A stretch of 64,000 nt of DNA. Origin: an uncultured Planctomycetota bacterium. Its GTDB lineage: Bacteria; Planctomycetota; Phycisphaerae; SM23-33. Positions 20,842-31,046 of the stretch are shown one piece after another. Every line of letters starts with the position of its first letter. Positions within the stretch are counted from its first letter, which is position 1. The notes under the pieces were generated by a model. It saw only the letters and a list, made by a program, of their open reading frames with translations, searched no databases and was not told the origin of the DNA. Location of the stretch: positions 65,347 to 129,346 of the forward strand of contig CAITIS010000067.1 in assembly GCA_903892515.1 (NCBI GenBank). Direction: 5' to 3'. Both the position numbers and the translations under genes were made by a program.

Positions 20842-22797
20842 ATGACGAACTGTGCACTGGGCTTGGCGCTTCCTAGCATGCTGACTGACAACATCTGGCC
20901 GCTGCTGCAATTCCTGATCGGCCTGGGCATCGTCGTGATCGTGCACGAATTCGGGCACTTCATGGCCGCCAAGTGGGCCGGCATCAAGGTCGAGGAATTC
21001 GCGGTCGGCTTCGGCAAGAAGCTCTGGGGCCTTCAGCGTGGCGAGACGCTGTATCGCATCAACGCCGTGCCGCTGGGCGGCTACGTGAAGATGCTCGGCC
21101 AGGACGATCTCAACCCGGGGGCCTCGGCCCCGGACGACCCGCGTTCGTGGCAGGCCGCTCCCGCCCGCAAGAAGATGGTCGTGCTGGCGGCCGGCGTGGC
21201 CATGAACATCGTCTTCGCCCTGGTCGTCTTCGTGATTGTGTACCTGGTGGGCATCCGCTTCCAGGCGCCGGTGATCGGCCAGGTTCTCCCCGGGAATCCG
21301 GCCGCCCGTGCTGGTCTTCAGCCCGGCGATGAAATCCAGGCCGTCAACGGCAAGCCTATCCGCAAGTTCGCCCAGATCGTCATGATGGCGGCCTTGAGCG
21401 GGAAGGATCAGCAGTTCGATTTCCAGGTCGCCCGCAAAGAGAACGGCCAAGAGAAGATCCTGCACGTTCAGTTGGTACCCGAGAAGCTCGACACCGGCAA
21501 GCAGGGCTCCCATTACGACTTTGGCATCCTTGCCGCCAGTTCGCTGACCATAGCCAAACCCGATGACACGGGCTATGTCGGCAAAGAACGCTTCCAGAAA
21601 GGCGACGCCATCGTCGCCATCGACGGCACGCCCGTCAACGCATACTGGGAGTTAGACGGCCTGCTGCCCAAGTACGCCGGACAGAACGTGCCGGTCGTCG
21701 TGGAACGTGGGGGCCAACGAGTGACCGTCGAGACCTCCCCGCCGGCGCTGGCAAACGACGCATCGGATGAGCTGCCGCCGACAAGCCAGGCAGCGACTCA
21801 GCCCAGCGACACGCGGAAGCAGGAAATGCTGACGATCCTGGGCATGAACAGCCTGATGCGGATCGGTTCGGTGTCGCCTAAGACCACCGCCGGAAAGGCT
21901 GGGCTCCAGCCTGGCGACATCATCGTTCGCTACGGCACAACGGACTATCCCAGCTATTTTGAGCTGACCCAGATCAACAAGCAGTCGGTGGACAAGCCGG
22001 TGGCAATCCAGGTTCTGCGCGATGGCAAGCCCGTCGATGCCACCGTCACGCCGCAGCAGGTCGGCGAGCGTTCGATCATTGGCATAGGCCCCGGCCCCGC
22101 GCAGGAGCTTCCGATTGTCGCGTCGGTGATGCCATCGTCCCCGGCGGCGGATGCCGGCATCGTGAAGGGCGCCCAACTGGTGGCCGTTGACGGCACGGCC
22201 GTCAGCAACTGGAGCAAGGTCTACGCCCTGCTGGCAGCCAAGCAAGGCAGCCAGGCCAAGTTGACTTTCAAGGTTAAGGATAGCGAGACGGCCGTCACGG
22301 TTAACGTGCCGAAGGACTCACTGAGCCCCCACGATTATCTTTTCGGCCTGGCCGCGTTGGGCGAGATGCAGCCGCTGCTGACGGCCCCGGTGCGCGGCAA
22401 CCCGCTCAAGGCCATTGTATGGAGCGTCGAAGACACGCGCGACTGGATGCTCCAGTCGTATCAGACGCTGGCGCGGATCTTCGAAGGCCGGGTCAGTGCC
22501 AAGGAAGTGGCCGGGCCGGTGGGCATCGGCCAAATCGCCATTTCGTTCGCACGCAAGTCACCCATCGACTTCGTCAACTTCATGGCGATGCTGTCGGCCA
22601 TGCTGGCGGTGATGAACTTCCTGCCCTGGCCGGCGCTGGACGGCGGGCACTTCGTGATCGTGCTGATCGAAAAGGCCCGCGGCAAGCCGCTCTCAACCAA
22701 GCTCATGACCGGCATCCAGATGGCCGGCATCATGGTCCTGCTGGGCGTGTTCCTCATGGTGACGTTCAACGACATCCTGAGGCTGATTAGAAGCTAG
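20842..22797 (+). CDS. rseP: RIP metalloprotease RseP (site-2 protease) with multiple PDZ domains
   Basis: HEFGHFMAAK zinc motif in the first TM helix. PDZ segments. C-terminal NxxPxxxLDGG motif. Confidence 0.9.
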   Translation: MTNCALGLALPSMLTDNIWPLLQFLIGLGIVVIVHEFGHFMAAKWAGIKVEEFAVGFGKKLWGLQRGETLYRINAVPLGGYVKMLGQDDLNPGASAPDDPRSWQAAPARKKMVVLAAGVAMNIVFALVVFVIVYLVGIRFQAPVIGQVLPGNPAARAGLQPGDEIQAVNGKPIRKFAQIVMMAALSGKDQQFDFQVARKENGQEKILHVQLVPEKLDTGKQGSHYDFGILAASSLTIAKPDDTGYVGKERFQKGDAIVAIDGTPVNAYWELDGLLPKYAGQNVPVVVERGGQRVTVETSPPALANDASDELPPTSQAATQPSDTRKQEMLTILGMNSLMRIGSVSPKTTAGKAGLQPGDIIVRYGTTDYPSYFELTQINKQSVDKPVAIQVLRDGKPVDATVTPQQVGERSIIGIGPGPAQELPIVASVMPSSPAADAGIVKGAQLVAVDGTAVSNWSKVYALLAAKQGSQAKLTFKVKDSETAVTVNVPKDSLSPHDYLFGLAALGEMQPLLTAPVRGNPLKAIVWSVEDTRDWMLQSYQTLARIFEGRVSAKEVAGPVGIGQIAISFARKSPIDFVNFMAMLSAMLAVMNFLPWPALDGGHFVIVLIEKARGKPLSTKLMTGIQMAGIMVLLGVFLMVTFNDILRLIRS

Positions 22798-23016
22798 TTA
22801 GTCGGGAATCGGGAATCGGGAATCCGGAATCGGGAAAGACGGGCGGGCGATGCTGCTCGGAGGCTTGATGTTCCTGATCGACTGTTCTTCCGATCAACTG
22901 ATTAGCCGCTTCCTGGTGGCTGGGCTCGCATTGTGTTTGGCCGGAGAGCTGCTCGCGTCGTCTTGACGCCGCCGTGGCGTCCTCGTACCATCACCCGGAG
23001 TTTGCAGGAGATACTC

Positions 23017-24345
23017 ATGACAGGCCGCAAGGAATGTGGCATTGCCATTGTCGGCTGCGGCACGGTGGGCGGGGCGACCGCCAGCTACCTGGTCCAACAC
23101 GCCGACCGGCTTGCCGAACGATACAAGACCCGCCTGGTGTTGCGCCAGGTCGTCGACGTGAACTGGGACCATGCCCGCAAGCTCGGCCTGCCCGAAAGCC
23201 TGCTGACCAAGGACATCGACGCCGTCCTGCGACGCGACGATATCCAGATCGTGGCCGAACTCATCGGCGGCACGACCATCGCCAAGGCCGTGGTGGAAAA
23301 GGCCCTGTCGGCCGGCAAGAACGTCGTCACCGCCAACAAGGCCCTGCTGGCCAAACATGGCGCCGAACTGTGGGCGCTGGCCCGCAAGAACAACGTCACC
23401 ATCGCCTTTGAGGCCAGTTGCGCCGGGGCGATCCCCATCATCGCCGTGCTCACCGAAGAGCTTTCCTGCGACAACATCGAGGCCATGTACGGCATCGTCA
23501 ACGGCACGTGCAACTACATCCTCTCGGCCATGACTCAGCATGGGCAAAGCTACGCCGACGCGCTCAAGCTGGCCCAGCAGGCGGGGCTGGCCGAGGCCGA
23601 TCCGACGCTGGATGTGGCCGGCGGCGATTCAGCGCACAAGCTGGCAATCCTGGCATCTCTGGCCTTTGGCGGACGGATCGACTTTGGCCGTATCTATGTC
23701 GAGGGCATCGACAAGTTGCAGTTGCAGGACATTCAATACGGCCAAGAGCTGGGCTACGTCATCAAGCTGCTGGCCATCGCCCGGCGGCAGGAAGAAGGCC
23801 TGAGCCTGCGCGTGCATCCTTCGTTCATCTCGACGCGGCATCCGCTGGCCTGGGTCAGCGGGCCCTTCAACGCCATCAGCGTGTACGCCGAGAACTCCGG
23901 CCACACCATGTACTATGGCCGCGGCGCCGGTGGCGCCCCCACTTCGGCCGCCGTCATTGGCGACATGGCCGCCGTGGCGCTGGGCACTGCCCAGCGGAAA
24001 TTCGAGGAACTGTCGATCTTCCCCGACGTCGCGCCGCCGGCTCGTCAGGTGGACATCGGCTCGGTGTGCGGGCGGTACTATCTGCGCATGCAACTCGAAG
24101 ACAAGCCCGGCATGCTGGCCAGTATCGCCACGATCTTAGGCCGACGCGATATCAGCATCTCCTCCGTACTGCAGCGTGAGCCGGCCGACGAGTCTTCGCT
24201 GGGCGTGCCGGTTGTCATCACGACGCACCCCGCCCGCGAGGCAGACATTCACGCCGCCCTGGAGGAAGTTAACCGAATGGACTCAGTCAAGGCCCCCTGC
24301 GTCTGCATACGCATTCTGGAGGAGCACCCGGAACGGACCGTATAG
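23017..24345 (+). CDS. hom: homoserine dehydrogenase (with C-terminal ACT domain)
   Basis: Start at MTGRKECGIAIVGCGTVGG (ATG 23017). NAD-binding domain, catalytic domain and ACT domain. Confidence 0.9.
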   Translation: MTGRKECGIAIVGCGTVGGATASYLVQHADRLAERYKTRLVLRQVVDVNWDHARKLGLPESLLTKDIDAVLRRDDIQIVAELIGGTTIAKAVVEKALSAGKNVVTANKALLAKHGAELWALARKNNVTIAFEASCAGAIPIIAVLTEELSCDNIEAMYGIVNGTCNYILSAMTQHGQSYADALKLAQQAGLAEADPTLDVAGGDSAHKLAILASLAFGGRIDFGRIYVEGIDKLQLQDIQYGQELGYVIKLLAIARRQEEGLSLRVHPSFISTRHPLAWVSGPFNAISVYAENSGHTMYYGRGAGGAPTSAAVIGDMAAVALGTAQRKFEELSIFPDVAPPARQVDIGSVCGRYYLRMQLEDKPGMLASIATILGRRDISISSVLQREPADESSLGVPVVITTHPAREADIHAALEEVNRMDSVKAPCVCIRILEEHPERTV

Positions 24346-24363
24346 GTTCCGGCGGAGAGCACG

Positions 24364-25551
24364 ATGAAATACGCTGTAATTATCCCCGATGGCGCCGCTG
24401 ATGTGCCGCTAGCCGAACTGGGCAACCGCACGCCGCTCCAGGCGGCCCGCAAGCCCAACATGGACTGGATTGCCGCCCATGGCCGATGCGGCACGGTACG
24501 CACCGTTCCCCGCAACATGGAGTGCGGCTCGGACGTGGCGATCCTGTCCGTACTGGGCTACGACCCACGCGAGTTCTACACTGGCAGGGCTCCGCTGGAA
24601 GCGGCCGCTCGCGGCGTGCCGGTGGGCGAGAACGAATGGGTCTTCCGCTGCAACTTCGTGACGATTATCGACGGCGTTATGGAAGATCACTCGGCCGGGC
24701 ACATCAGCTCGAAGGAGTCGGCCGCCCTGATCGCCGAGCTGAATCGGCTGGTGGCGCAGGAGCGGCTGCACTTCTTCCCGGGCGTATCGTATCGGCACCT
24801 CATGACGCTCAAGGGCGAGGTCAACGTCAAGACCACGCCGCCGCACGACATTCTCGGCCAGAAGGTCGCTGACCACATGCCCACCGGCCCCGGCAGCGAG
24901 ATACTTTCGACGCTGTTTGCCCGCAGCCAGGAAATCTTCGCCAATCACGAGGTCAACCAGGTGCGGCGCGACCTGGGCGAAAACCCGGCCACGCACATCT
25001 GGCTGTGGGGCCAGGGAAAGATGCCAAACCTGCCGAATTTTCAGGAAAAGTATGGCATGCGCGGCGTGGCGATCACGGCGGTGGATCTGGTTCGCGGCAT
25101 TGCAAAACTGATCGGCTGGGACTGCGTCGAAGTGGCCGGCGCCACCGGCTTTCTTGACACCGACTTTGCGGGCAAGGGCCAGGCCGCCATCGGCGCGCTG
25201 GCCAATTACGATGTGGTCTGCGTTCACGTTGAGGCCTCCGACGAGTGCGGCCACCAGGCCGACGCCAAGGGCAAGGTCCAGGCCCTTGAGCAGATCGACA
25301 AGTTCATCGTCGGGCCCCTGCTCAAGCACTTCCAAGCCGGACAGGACGAGTGGCGCATCCTCGTGCTGCCCGATCATCCCACGCCCTGTACGAAGCGGAC
25401 GCACACCTCCGAGCCCGTGCCCTTCGCCATGGCCGGCAGCGGCCTGTCAGCGGTGGTTGAGCATCCCTTCACCGAGCAGGCGGCCGTGGAGTCGGACGTC
25501 CACGTGGCCAAGGGCAGCGACCTGATGGAGTTCTTCCTCCGCGGATCGTAA
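24364..25551 (+). CDS. cofactor-independent phosphoglycerate mutase family protein (ApgM-like); probable non-canonical homoserine kinase
   Basis: 395 aa. Metalloenzyme-superfamily N-terminus (IPDGAAD) and PhosphMutase-like core. Sits between hom and lysC, 18 bp after hom. A divergent paralog lies at 31047..32264. Confidence 0.7.
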   Translation: MKYAVIIPDGAADVPLAELGNRTPLQAARKPNMDWIAAHGRCGTVRTVPRNMECGSDVAILSVLGYDPREFYTGRAPLEAAARGVPVGENEWVFRCNFVTIIDGVMEDHSAGHISSKESAALIAELNRLVAQERLHFFPGVSYRHLMTLKGEVNVKTTPPHDILGQKVADHMPTGPGSEILSTLFARSQEIFANHEVNQVRRDLGENPATHIWLWGQGKMPNLPNFQEKYGMRGVAITAVDLVRGIAKLIGWDCVEVAGATGFLDTDFAGKGQAAIGALANYDVVCVHVEASDECGHQADAKGKVQALEQIDKFIVGPLLKHFQAGQDEWRILVLPDHPTPCTKRTHTSEPVPFAMAGSGLSAVVEHPFTEQAAVESDVHVAKGSDLMEFFLRGS

Positions 25552-25706
25552 CGGGATATCTGGGATTCGGCCTTTGGATTCGGAACTGTCTCCGCCGCTT
25601 TGGCGGCCTGAAAACCATTGGACTTTTCCCGCGAGTTCGCTAGTCTTTCAGCCCTAATCAACTGGTTGCGAGGCCCGGGCTCGCGTCAGCAAGGAGCGGC
25701 GTTGCG

Positions 25707-26957
25707 ATGAGTATCGTGGTAATGAAATTCGGCGGGTCCAGTGTGGCCGACGCGGACAAGATTCGCGCCTGTTCCGCCCGGGCCATCGAAGCACGCAAAG
25801 CCGGCCACAAGGTCGTCATGGTCGTATCGGCCATGGGCGACACGACGGACGACCTCGTCGCACTGGCCAAGCAAATTACGTCCACCCCGTCCAAGCGCGA
25901 GTACGATCAATTGCTCGCCACCGGTGAGCAGGTGACGATTTCCCTGGTCGCGATGGCGATGGAGGCCATGGGCCAGCCCGCCATCAGTTTCACGGCCGGT
26001 CAGATCGGCATGGTCACCGACGACAAGCACACCAAGGCCCGCATCAAGCGCATCGACGTGCAGAAAGTCCTGCGCGAACTCAAGTCCGGCAAGATCGTCA
26101 TCGTGGCCGGCTTCCAGGGCGTGACCGAGGACGGCGCCGTCACCACGCTGGGACGCGGCGGCTCGAATGTGACGCTGGTGGCCATAGCCGCGGCCCTCAA
26201 GGCCGATATGTGCGAGAACTACACCGACGTCGATGGCATCTTCACGGCCGACCCGCGGCTGGTGCCCAACGCCCGCAAAATCGACCAGGTCAGCTACGAT
26301 GAGATGCTCGAACTGGCCTCGCTGGGCGCCAACGTGCTGCACAACCGGGCGGTAGAGTTTGCCAAGAAGTACAATGTGCCGATTCATGTTCGCAGCAGTT
26401 TGAACCATTCCAAAGGAACGATGATCGTGGCGGAATCAGAGGAAATGGAGCGTATCGTCGTCAGCGGGGCCGCGTTGAAGAAGCAGTTGGCCCGCGTGAG
26501 CCTGCGTAACGTCCCGGACCGGCCGGGCATGGCGGCCAGGATTTTTCACACGATCGGGGCGGCCGACATCGTCGTGGATGACATCATCCAGACCGAGACG
26601 ACGAACAAGCTAGCGGCCGTTTCGTTCACGGTGGACATGGGCGACATCACCGACGTCAAGGCCGTATGCGAGAAGCTGTGCAGCCAGCACGCCGGCATGA
26701 CGGTTGAATTCAAGACCGACCTGGCCAAGGTCAGCGTGGTGGGCGTGGGCATGCGCGTCCACACGGGCGTGGCCCAGCGGATGTTCGCCGCCCTGGCCGG
26801 CGCTGGCATCAACATCCACAACATCACCACCAGCGAGATCAAGATCTCCTGCATCATCGACCAGGTCCAAGGCCCCATAGCGCTGCGCCTGATCCACGAC
26901 GCCTTCGACCTGGGCAAGACTCCTGGGAAAGCCAAGGCCAAGAAAGGTAGGAAGTAG
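25707..26957 (+). CDS. lysC: aspartate kinase (with tandem ACT domains)
   Basis: MSIVVMKFGGSSVAD... amino-acid-kinase fold plus two ACT repeats. 416 aa. Confidence 0.9.
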   Translation: MSIVVMKFGGSSVADADKIRACSARAIEARKAGHKVVMVVSAMGDTTDDLVALAKQITSTPSKREYDQLLATGEQVTISLVAMAMEAMGQPAISFTAGQIGMVTDDKHTKARIKRIDVQKVLRELKSGKIVIVAGFQGVTEDGAVTTLGRGGSNVTLVAIAAALKADMCENYTDVDGIFTADPRLVPNARKIDQVSYDEMLELASLGANVLHNRAVEFAKKYNVPIHVRSSLNHSKGTMIVAESEEMERIVVSGAALKKQLARVSLRNVPDRPGMAARIFHTIGAADIVVDDIIQTETTNKLAAVSFTVDMGDITDVKAVCEKLCSQHAGMTVEFKTDLAKVSVVGVGMRVHTGVAQRMFAALAGAGINIHNITTSEIKISCIIDQVQGPIALRLIHDAFDLGKTPGKAKAKKGRK

Positions 26958-27006
26958 ACCTGCGCGGTCAAGGAACATGTTTTGCCAATGAAAGGCAACG
27001 ATAGCC

Positions 27007-27504
27007 TTGCGGGACTACGTCGAAAAGCACCCGGAGACAGTGCAGGACCTGGAGTTGGCGAGCGAGGATCGGCTCTGGGAAGGTCTTGAACTGCTGGCTT
27101 CTGGACAAACAGCAGGCGGCATGTACTTGCTGGGTTACGTTGCCGAGATGGTATTGAAGAACGCGTGCTTTCTGTTTGAAGGAGCTCGTCCCTCCGACCC
27201 AATATCTGCTCGGCTCGGACCCATGCGGGCTTTCGGCAAGTCTCATTTTCCGACAATCGACAGGGAGAATTACCACAGCCTTGTCTTCTGGTATCATGCA
27301 CTGCTTCATAAACGAAACTTGGCAGGACGCTCGCTGCCAAGTCCCACGGCGCGCCAGTTGGGGCGCAGGGTCGCCAGCATTCACAGCATGTGGGTCGTAG
27401 CCATGCGATATTATCCGGCTGCACTTCTTCTCCCAAGTCACGCAGCGACGATCTACAATGATGTGATCTGGCTGTACGATCATCGTCTCCAACTGAGGAT
27501 GTAA
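27007..27504 (+). CDS. hypothetical protein in lower-GC cassette (possible HEPN-like; carries RAFGKSH, an Rx5H motif)
   Basis: 165 aa. No recognised family. Alpha-helical character. R-x5-H motif. TTG start is tentative. Local GC is visibly lower than flanks. Confidence 0.45.
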   Translation: MRDYVEKHPETVQDLELASEDRLWEGLELLASGQTAGGMYLLGYVAEMVLKNACFLFEGARPSDPISARLGPMRAFGKSHFPTIDRENYHSLVFWYHALLHKRNLAGRSLPSPTARQLGRRVASIHSMWVVAMRYYPAALLLPSHAATIYNDVIWLYDHRLQLRM

Positions 27505-27505
27505 C

Positions 27506-27826
27506 ATGCCCATCAAGCATCGCCTGCAACGTACTTTGCCTTCCACCGCAGCAGAACTTACTCGGCAGCTCATGCACGAATGGACAGAGCCCAGCAGCGC
27601 GGGGCAGCCGCTAATCGTGCTTGAAGGTGAGAGGGGGCAGCCCCAGCATGTCTACGTCATCTGGGACGAGTGGAAAGGCCTCGACCAGAGAGAGAGGTCT
27701 GAGATCATCATGGACGTTGTTGAGCAACTGAGCGGCCCACAGGGTATGCCCGACTTGTCCCTAGTGACAGTGGCGATGGGATTGACTATCGAAGAAGCGA
27801 AGCGGATGGGCATTGATGTGTCCTAG
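27506..27826 (+). CDS. hypothetical protein, tightly coupled partner of 27007..27504
   Basis: 106 aa. ATG lies 1 nt after the upstream stop. No recognised family. Confidence 0.45.
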   Translation: MPIKHRLQRTLPSTAAELTRQLMHEWTEPSSAGQPLIVLEGERGQPQHVYVIWDEWKGLDQRERSEIIMDVVEQLSGPQGMPDLSLVTVAMGLTIEEAKRMGIDVS

Positions 27827-27934
27827 CCACTCAACTCCCGTGCGGTTGTGAAGACTGGGAATACATGCTAATGCCTTCTGGTTCCCGCCTTTCGCCGGTC
27901 GCCGGTTTGTGATGTTGCTTTGCCTGTCGATGTA

Positions 27935-28636
27935 ATGGCACACGACACGCCCGACCTTCCTTCACTCTTTCGCATCACGCCGGCCGATGAATACCTCATG
28001 CCACGATTCAACATCCCTTTGCCGATGAGCGGTCCGAGCCGGCGACGGCGCTACATGGGCCGGCACGCCCGCATCGGCGGCGTGGCTGGGCTGATCGTGA
28101 TGGCGCTGTTCCTGCTGGATCGGCAAGGCGTGTTTGGCCGGACCACCGGCCCGGACGTGCAGCGGTACGACAGCAAGTCATGCCAGGTCATCCACGTCAC
28201 CGACGGCGACACCGTGGACGTGGATATCCCCGACGGTGCCAAGTCCAGCACCCGCATCCGCCTGCTGGGCATGGACACGCCAGAGACGGTCAAGCCCGAC
28301 ACGCCCGTGCAGTACTTCGGTCCCGAGGCCAGCCAGTACACCAAGAGCCACCTGCTGCGCAAGACCGTTACGCTGCAATTGGACAAGAGCCGCTCCGCCC
28401 GCGACAAGTACGGCCGATTGCTGGCGTATATCATGATCGACGGCAAAAACTACAACCGCCAGATCGTGGCCGAGGGCTACGCCTACGCCGACCCGCGCTT
28501 CCCCCACCCGCTGCTCAAGGACTTCAAAGCCGCCCAGGAACAAGCCAAGGCCGCCGGCGCAGGCCTGTGGCGCGGCGTACAGGACAAGGACCTGCCCTAC
28601 TACTATCAGGGCAAACTCAAGCTGCCGGGACGATGA
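27935..28636 (+). CDS. thermonuclease (staphylococcal-nuclease-like, SNase) family protein with N-terminal membrane anchor
   Basis: VIHVTDGDTVDV..RIRLLGMDTPE...GRLLAYI...NY.R..V..GYA SNase motif set. TM segment IGGVAGLIVMALFLL. Start ambiguous (27920 TTG, 27935 ATG). Confidence 0.75.
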   Translation: MAHDTPDLPSLFRITPADEYLMPRFNIPLPMSGPSRRRRYMGRHARIGGVAGLIVMALFLLDRQGVFGRTTGPDVQRYDSKSCQVIHVTDGDTVDVDIPDGAKSSTRIRLLGMDTPETVKPDTPVQYFGPEASQYTKSHLLRKTVTLQLDKSRSARDKYGRLLAYIMIDGKNYNRQIVAEGYAYADPRFPHPLLKDFKAAQEQAKAAGAGLWRGVQDKDLPYYYQGKLKLPGR

Positions 28637-28781
28637 TTCACGGGAAGAACGCGTGCAACGAGTTGCACCCCTACGTGCCGATCATTGCCAGCGCCGGATG
28701 GGGTCAGCGCAAGTACGGCTTGCGGGTGAGTGAATCCTGCCTTCTTCTTGGGGGCTTGACCCGATAGAATCAAACCTGCCC

Positions 28782-30929
28782 ATGAAAGAGCCCGCGATCG
28801 CCATGCAACCGTCACCCTCTGCCACTGCCCATTGGTTGGGTGTGGCCGCTGCCGCGGCGGCACTGGCGTTTGCTGTCACCCTGTCCATCCGGCCAATATC
28901 GAGTTACGACATCGGCTACCACTTGGCCTATGGCGAAAAGCTGCTCACCTACGGCCAGATCGTGCAGGGCAACGACTTCGTGTACACGAAACTGCCCGCC
29001 AACTTCGGCCAGAACCCCGCGGACACGCCGCCGGGAGGCTGGATCGACCAGAGCGGCAGATACCGCTTCGTCAACGCCAACTGGCTCAGTCAGGCCATCA
29101 TGTACGAGGTCTACCACCTGGGCGGTTTTGCCGGGCTGGAAGCGCTGCAGGTGGCACTGGTGGCCGGGGTGTTTCTGCTGATCCTGCTGACGCTTCGCCT
29201 CTCGGGCGTTGGTTGGCCCGCCACGGCCGCGGCCTTGCTGCTGGCGGCTCTGGTCTCTTACGAGCGATTCGTGCTGCGTCCTGAGTTGTTCGGATACCTG
29301 CTCCTGGCCGCTCAATGGTGCCTGCTCTCCCGGCCAGCGTTCACCTGGCGCAAGATGGCCGGCGTGATCGCGCTGCAATTGCTGGCGGTCAACGTGCATA
29401 GTTATTTCTGGCTGGGTTTCTTCCTGGTCGGCGCGGTCTGGGCCGATGCGTTCGCGCGATGGTGCTGGGCGAAGGCCCACGGGCAGTTGCTGCCGCGGGA
29501 GTGGCGGGCAAAGCTCAAGTGGCTTTCCTGGACGCTGGGTGGCTGTGCGGCCGCGGCGCTGGTCAACCCATGGTTCGTTCGCGGCGCCATCATGCCGATC
29601 CAGACGGTCTTGTACATGCGCCGCTATCACATCGGCGGCGGCCGGCCCGGCGACATCTTCGAGCACCCCTGGGCCGTCATCGGTGAACTTTACTGGCCCT
29701 TCGTGCCGCGGCTGGCTACGACGTATGCATCGATCGCCCTGTACGTCCTGCTAGGCGTTGCGGCCATCGCTGGCGTCGTCGCCGCGGCTCGGCGGCAGTG
29801 GGCAAGCTTGCTGGCATTGATTGGAATGATGGCTGCGGGCATCAGCGTGCGGCGCAACATGGCCTTGGCAGGCTTGCTGGCTGGGCCCATGGCCTTTGTC
29901 ATTCTGAGCGGCCTGTGGCAGGTCGCGCGGCAGCGTCTGGCCAAGGCCGGCCGATGGTTCGGCGGTCGTCCACGCACAATGCCTGCATTCAGCACGCTTG
30001 TCTCTATCGCACTGCTGGGCCTCGGGCTCTGCGCGGTGTATTTCGTCGTGACCCAACGCTTCTATTTCAACGAGCGCCGGCCCTGGGCCTTTGGCGTCGG
30101 GCCCTCGCGCTTTTCGATCCCGCTGGGAGCGGCCGATTGGCTCTCGCAGCACCGCCTCGAAGGACGCGTCTTCACCGACCAGGAATCATCATCCAACCTC
30201 AGCTTCTTCACCAGCCCGCACGTGAGCGTGCCCGTCCTGACGAACACCTGGGCCATGCCGCCCTCGACCATGACGACCGTCCTGCGCGTCGCCCATGGCC
30301 AGGACGACTGGCGGCCCAGCTTCGACGCCTGCGACATCCAGGCCGTCGTGCTGCACACGATCTACTCTCAGCCGCTCATCAAGGCCCTGGCCCGCAGCCC
30401 GGAGTGGGCCATCGTCAACATCGACGTCAAGCACGTGCTCTTCCTACGCCGCGCCGGACCCAATGCCGATTTGGCAGCCAAGGCGGCATTGAAACCCGAG
30501 ACGTTCGACGTGGCGGATTTCGCTCGCCAGGCCTGCACGTCGGAGATGCCGCCGGCGTTTGCCCTCAGCAACGCGGGCGATACCCTGAGCCTGCTGGGCT
30601 GGCGCGACGCCGCCATCGCTCTGTGGCGTGACTGTGTGCGCCTCAAACCCGACTACGCCGAAGCCAACCAGCAATTAGGGCAAGAACTGGCCCTGCGCGG
30701 CGGCGAGCGGCTGATCCAGATGACCGAGGCCTACAACACTGGACAAGACCGGCACGGTGACGAGTTGCGCGCCGCAGTGCTGGATGATTGGCGTACGGCC
30801 GAGCAGCACCTTGGCCAAACATTGCGACTTCAGCCGGAGAACACGCAGGTGCGCCAGCTTCTCCAGGCAGTCCGGCAGGCAGAGGGCGAACTCAGCTCGC
30901 CGCGCACCACGACATATCCCCAGCGGTGA
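28782..30929 (+). CDS. polytopic membrane protein with C-terminal TPR domain (GT-C/PMT-like architecture, function unknown)
   Basis: 715 aa. >10 predicted hydrophobic helices in the first ~450 aa. C-terminal soluble region carries TPR-like repeats (AIALWRDCVRLKPDYAEANQQLGQELALRG). Confidence 0.6.
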   Translation: MKEPAIAMQPSPSATAHWLGVAAAAAALAFAVTLSIRPISSYDIGYHLAYGEKLLTYGQIVQGNDFVYTKLPANFGQNPADTPPGGWIDQSGRYRFVNANWLSQAIMYEVYHLGGFAGLEALQVALVAGVFLLILLTLRLSGVGWPATAAALLLAALVSYERFVLRPELFGYLLLAAQWCLLSRPAFTWRKMAGVIALQLLAVNVHSYFWLGFFLVGAVWADAFARWCWAKAHGQLLPREWRAKLKWLSWTLGGCAAAALVNPWFVRGAIMPIQTVLYMRRYHIGGGRPGDIFEHPWAVIGELYWPFVPRLATTYASIALYVLLGVAAIAGVVAAARRQWASLLALIGMMAAGISVRRNMALAGLLAGPMAFVILSGLWQVARQRLAKAGRWFGGRPRTMPAFSTLVSIALLGLGLCAVYFVVTQRFYFNERRPWAFGVGPSRFSIPLGAADWLSQHRLEGRVFTDQESSSNLSFFTSPHVSVPVLTNTWAMPPSTMTTVLRVAHGQDDWRPSFDACDIQAVVLHTIYSQPLIKALARSPEWAIVNIDVKHVLFLRRAGPNADLAAKAALKPETFDVADFARQACTSEMPPAFALSNAGDTLSLLGWRDAAIALWRDCVRLKPDYAEANQQLGQELALRGGERLIQMTEAYNTGQDRHGDELRAAVLDDWRTAEQHLGQTLRLQPENTQVRQLLQAVRQAEGELSSPRTTTYPQR

Positions 30930-31046
30930 CTTTACACACACCCGGCCGGTCGGTAAGCTCGCCACTCTTTAGAAGCGCACATCATGGGCGAGGCGTCCAT
31001 GACACACGTGGCCAGGATGGCCATGCAACAAAAACAAGGTGATGCA

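Noticed and set aside
28700-28781. Promoter-like CTTGAC...TAGAAT upstream of the membrane/TPR gene
   Set aside because: Spacing between the hexamers is only ~3 bp, incompatible with a sigma70 -35/-10 pair.
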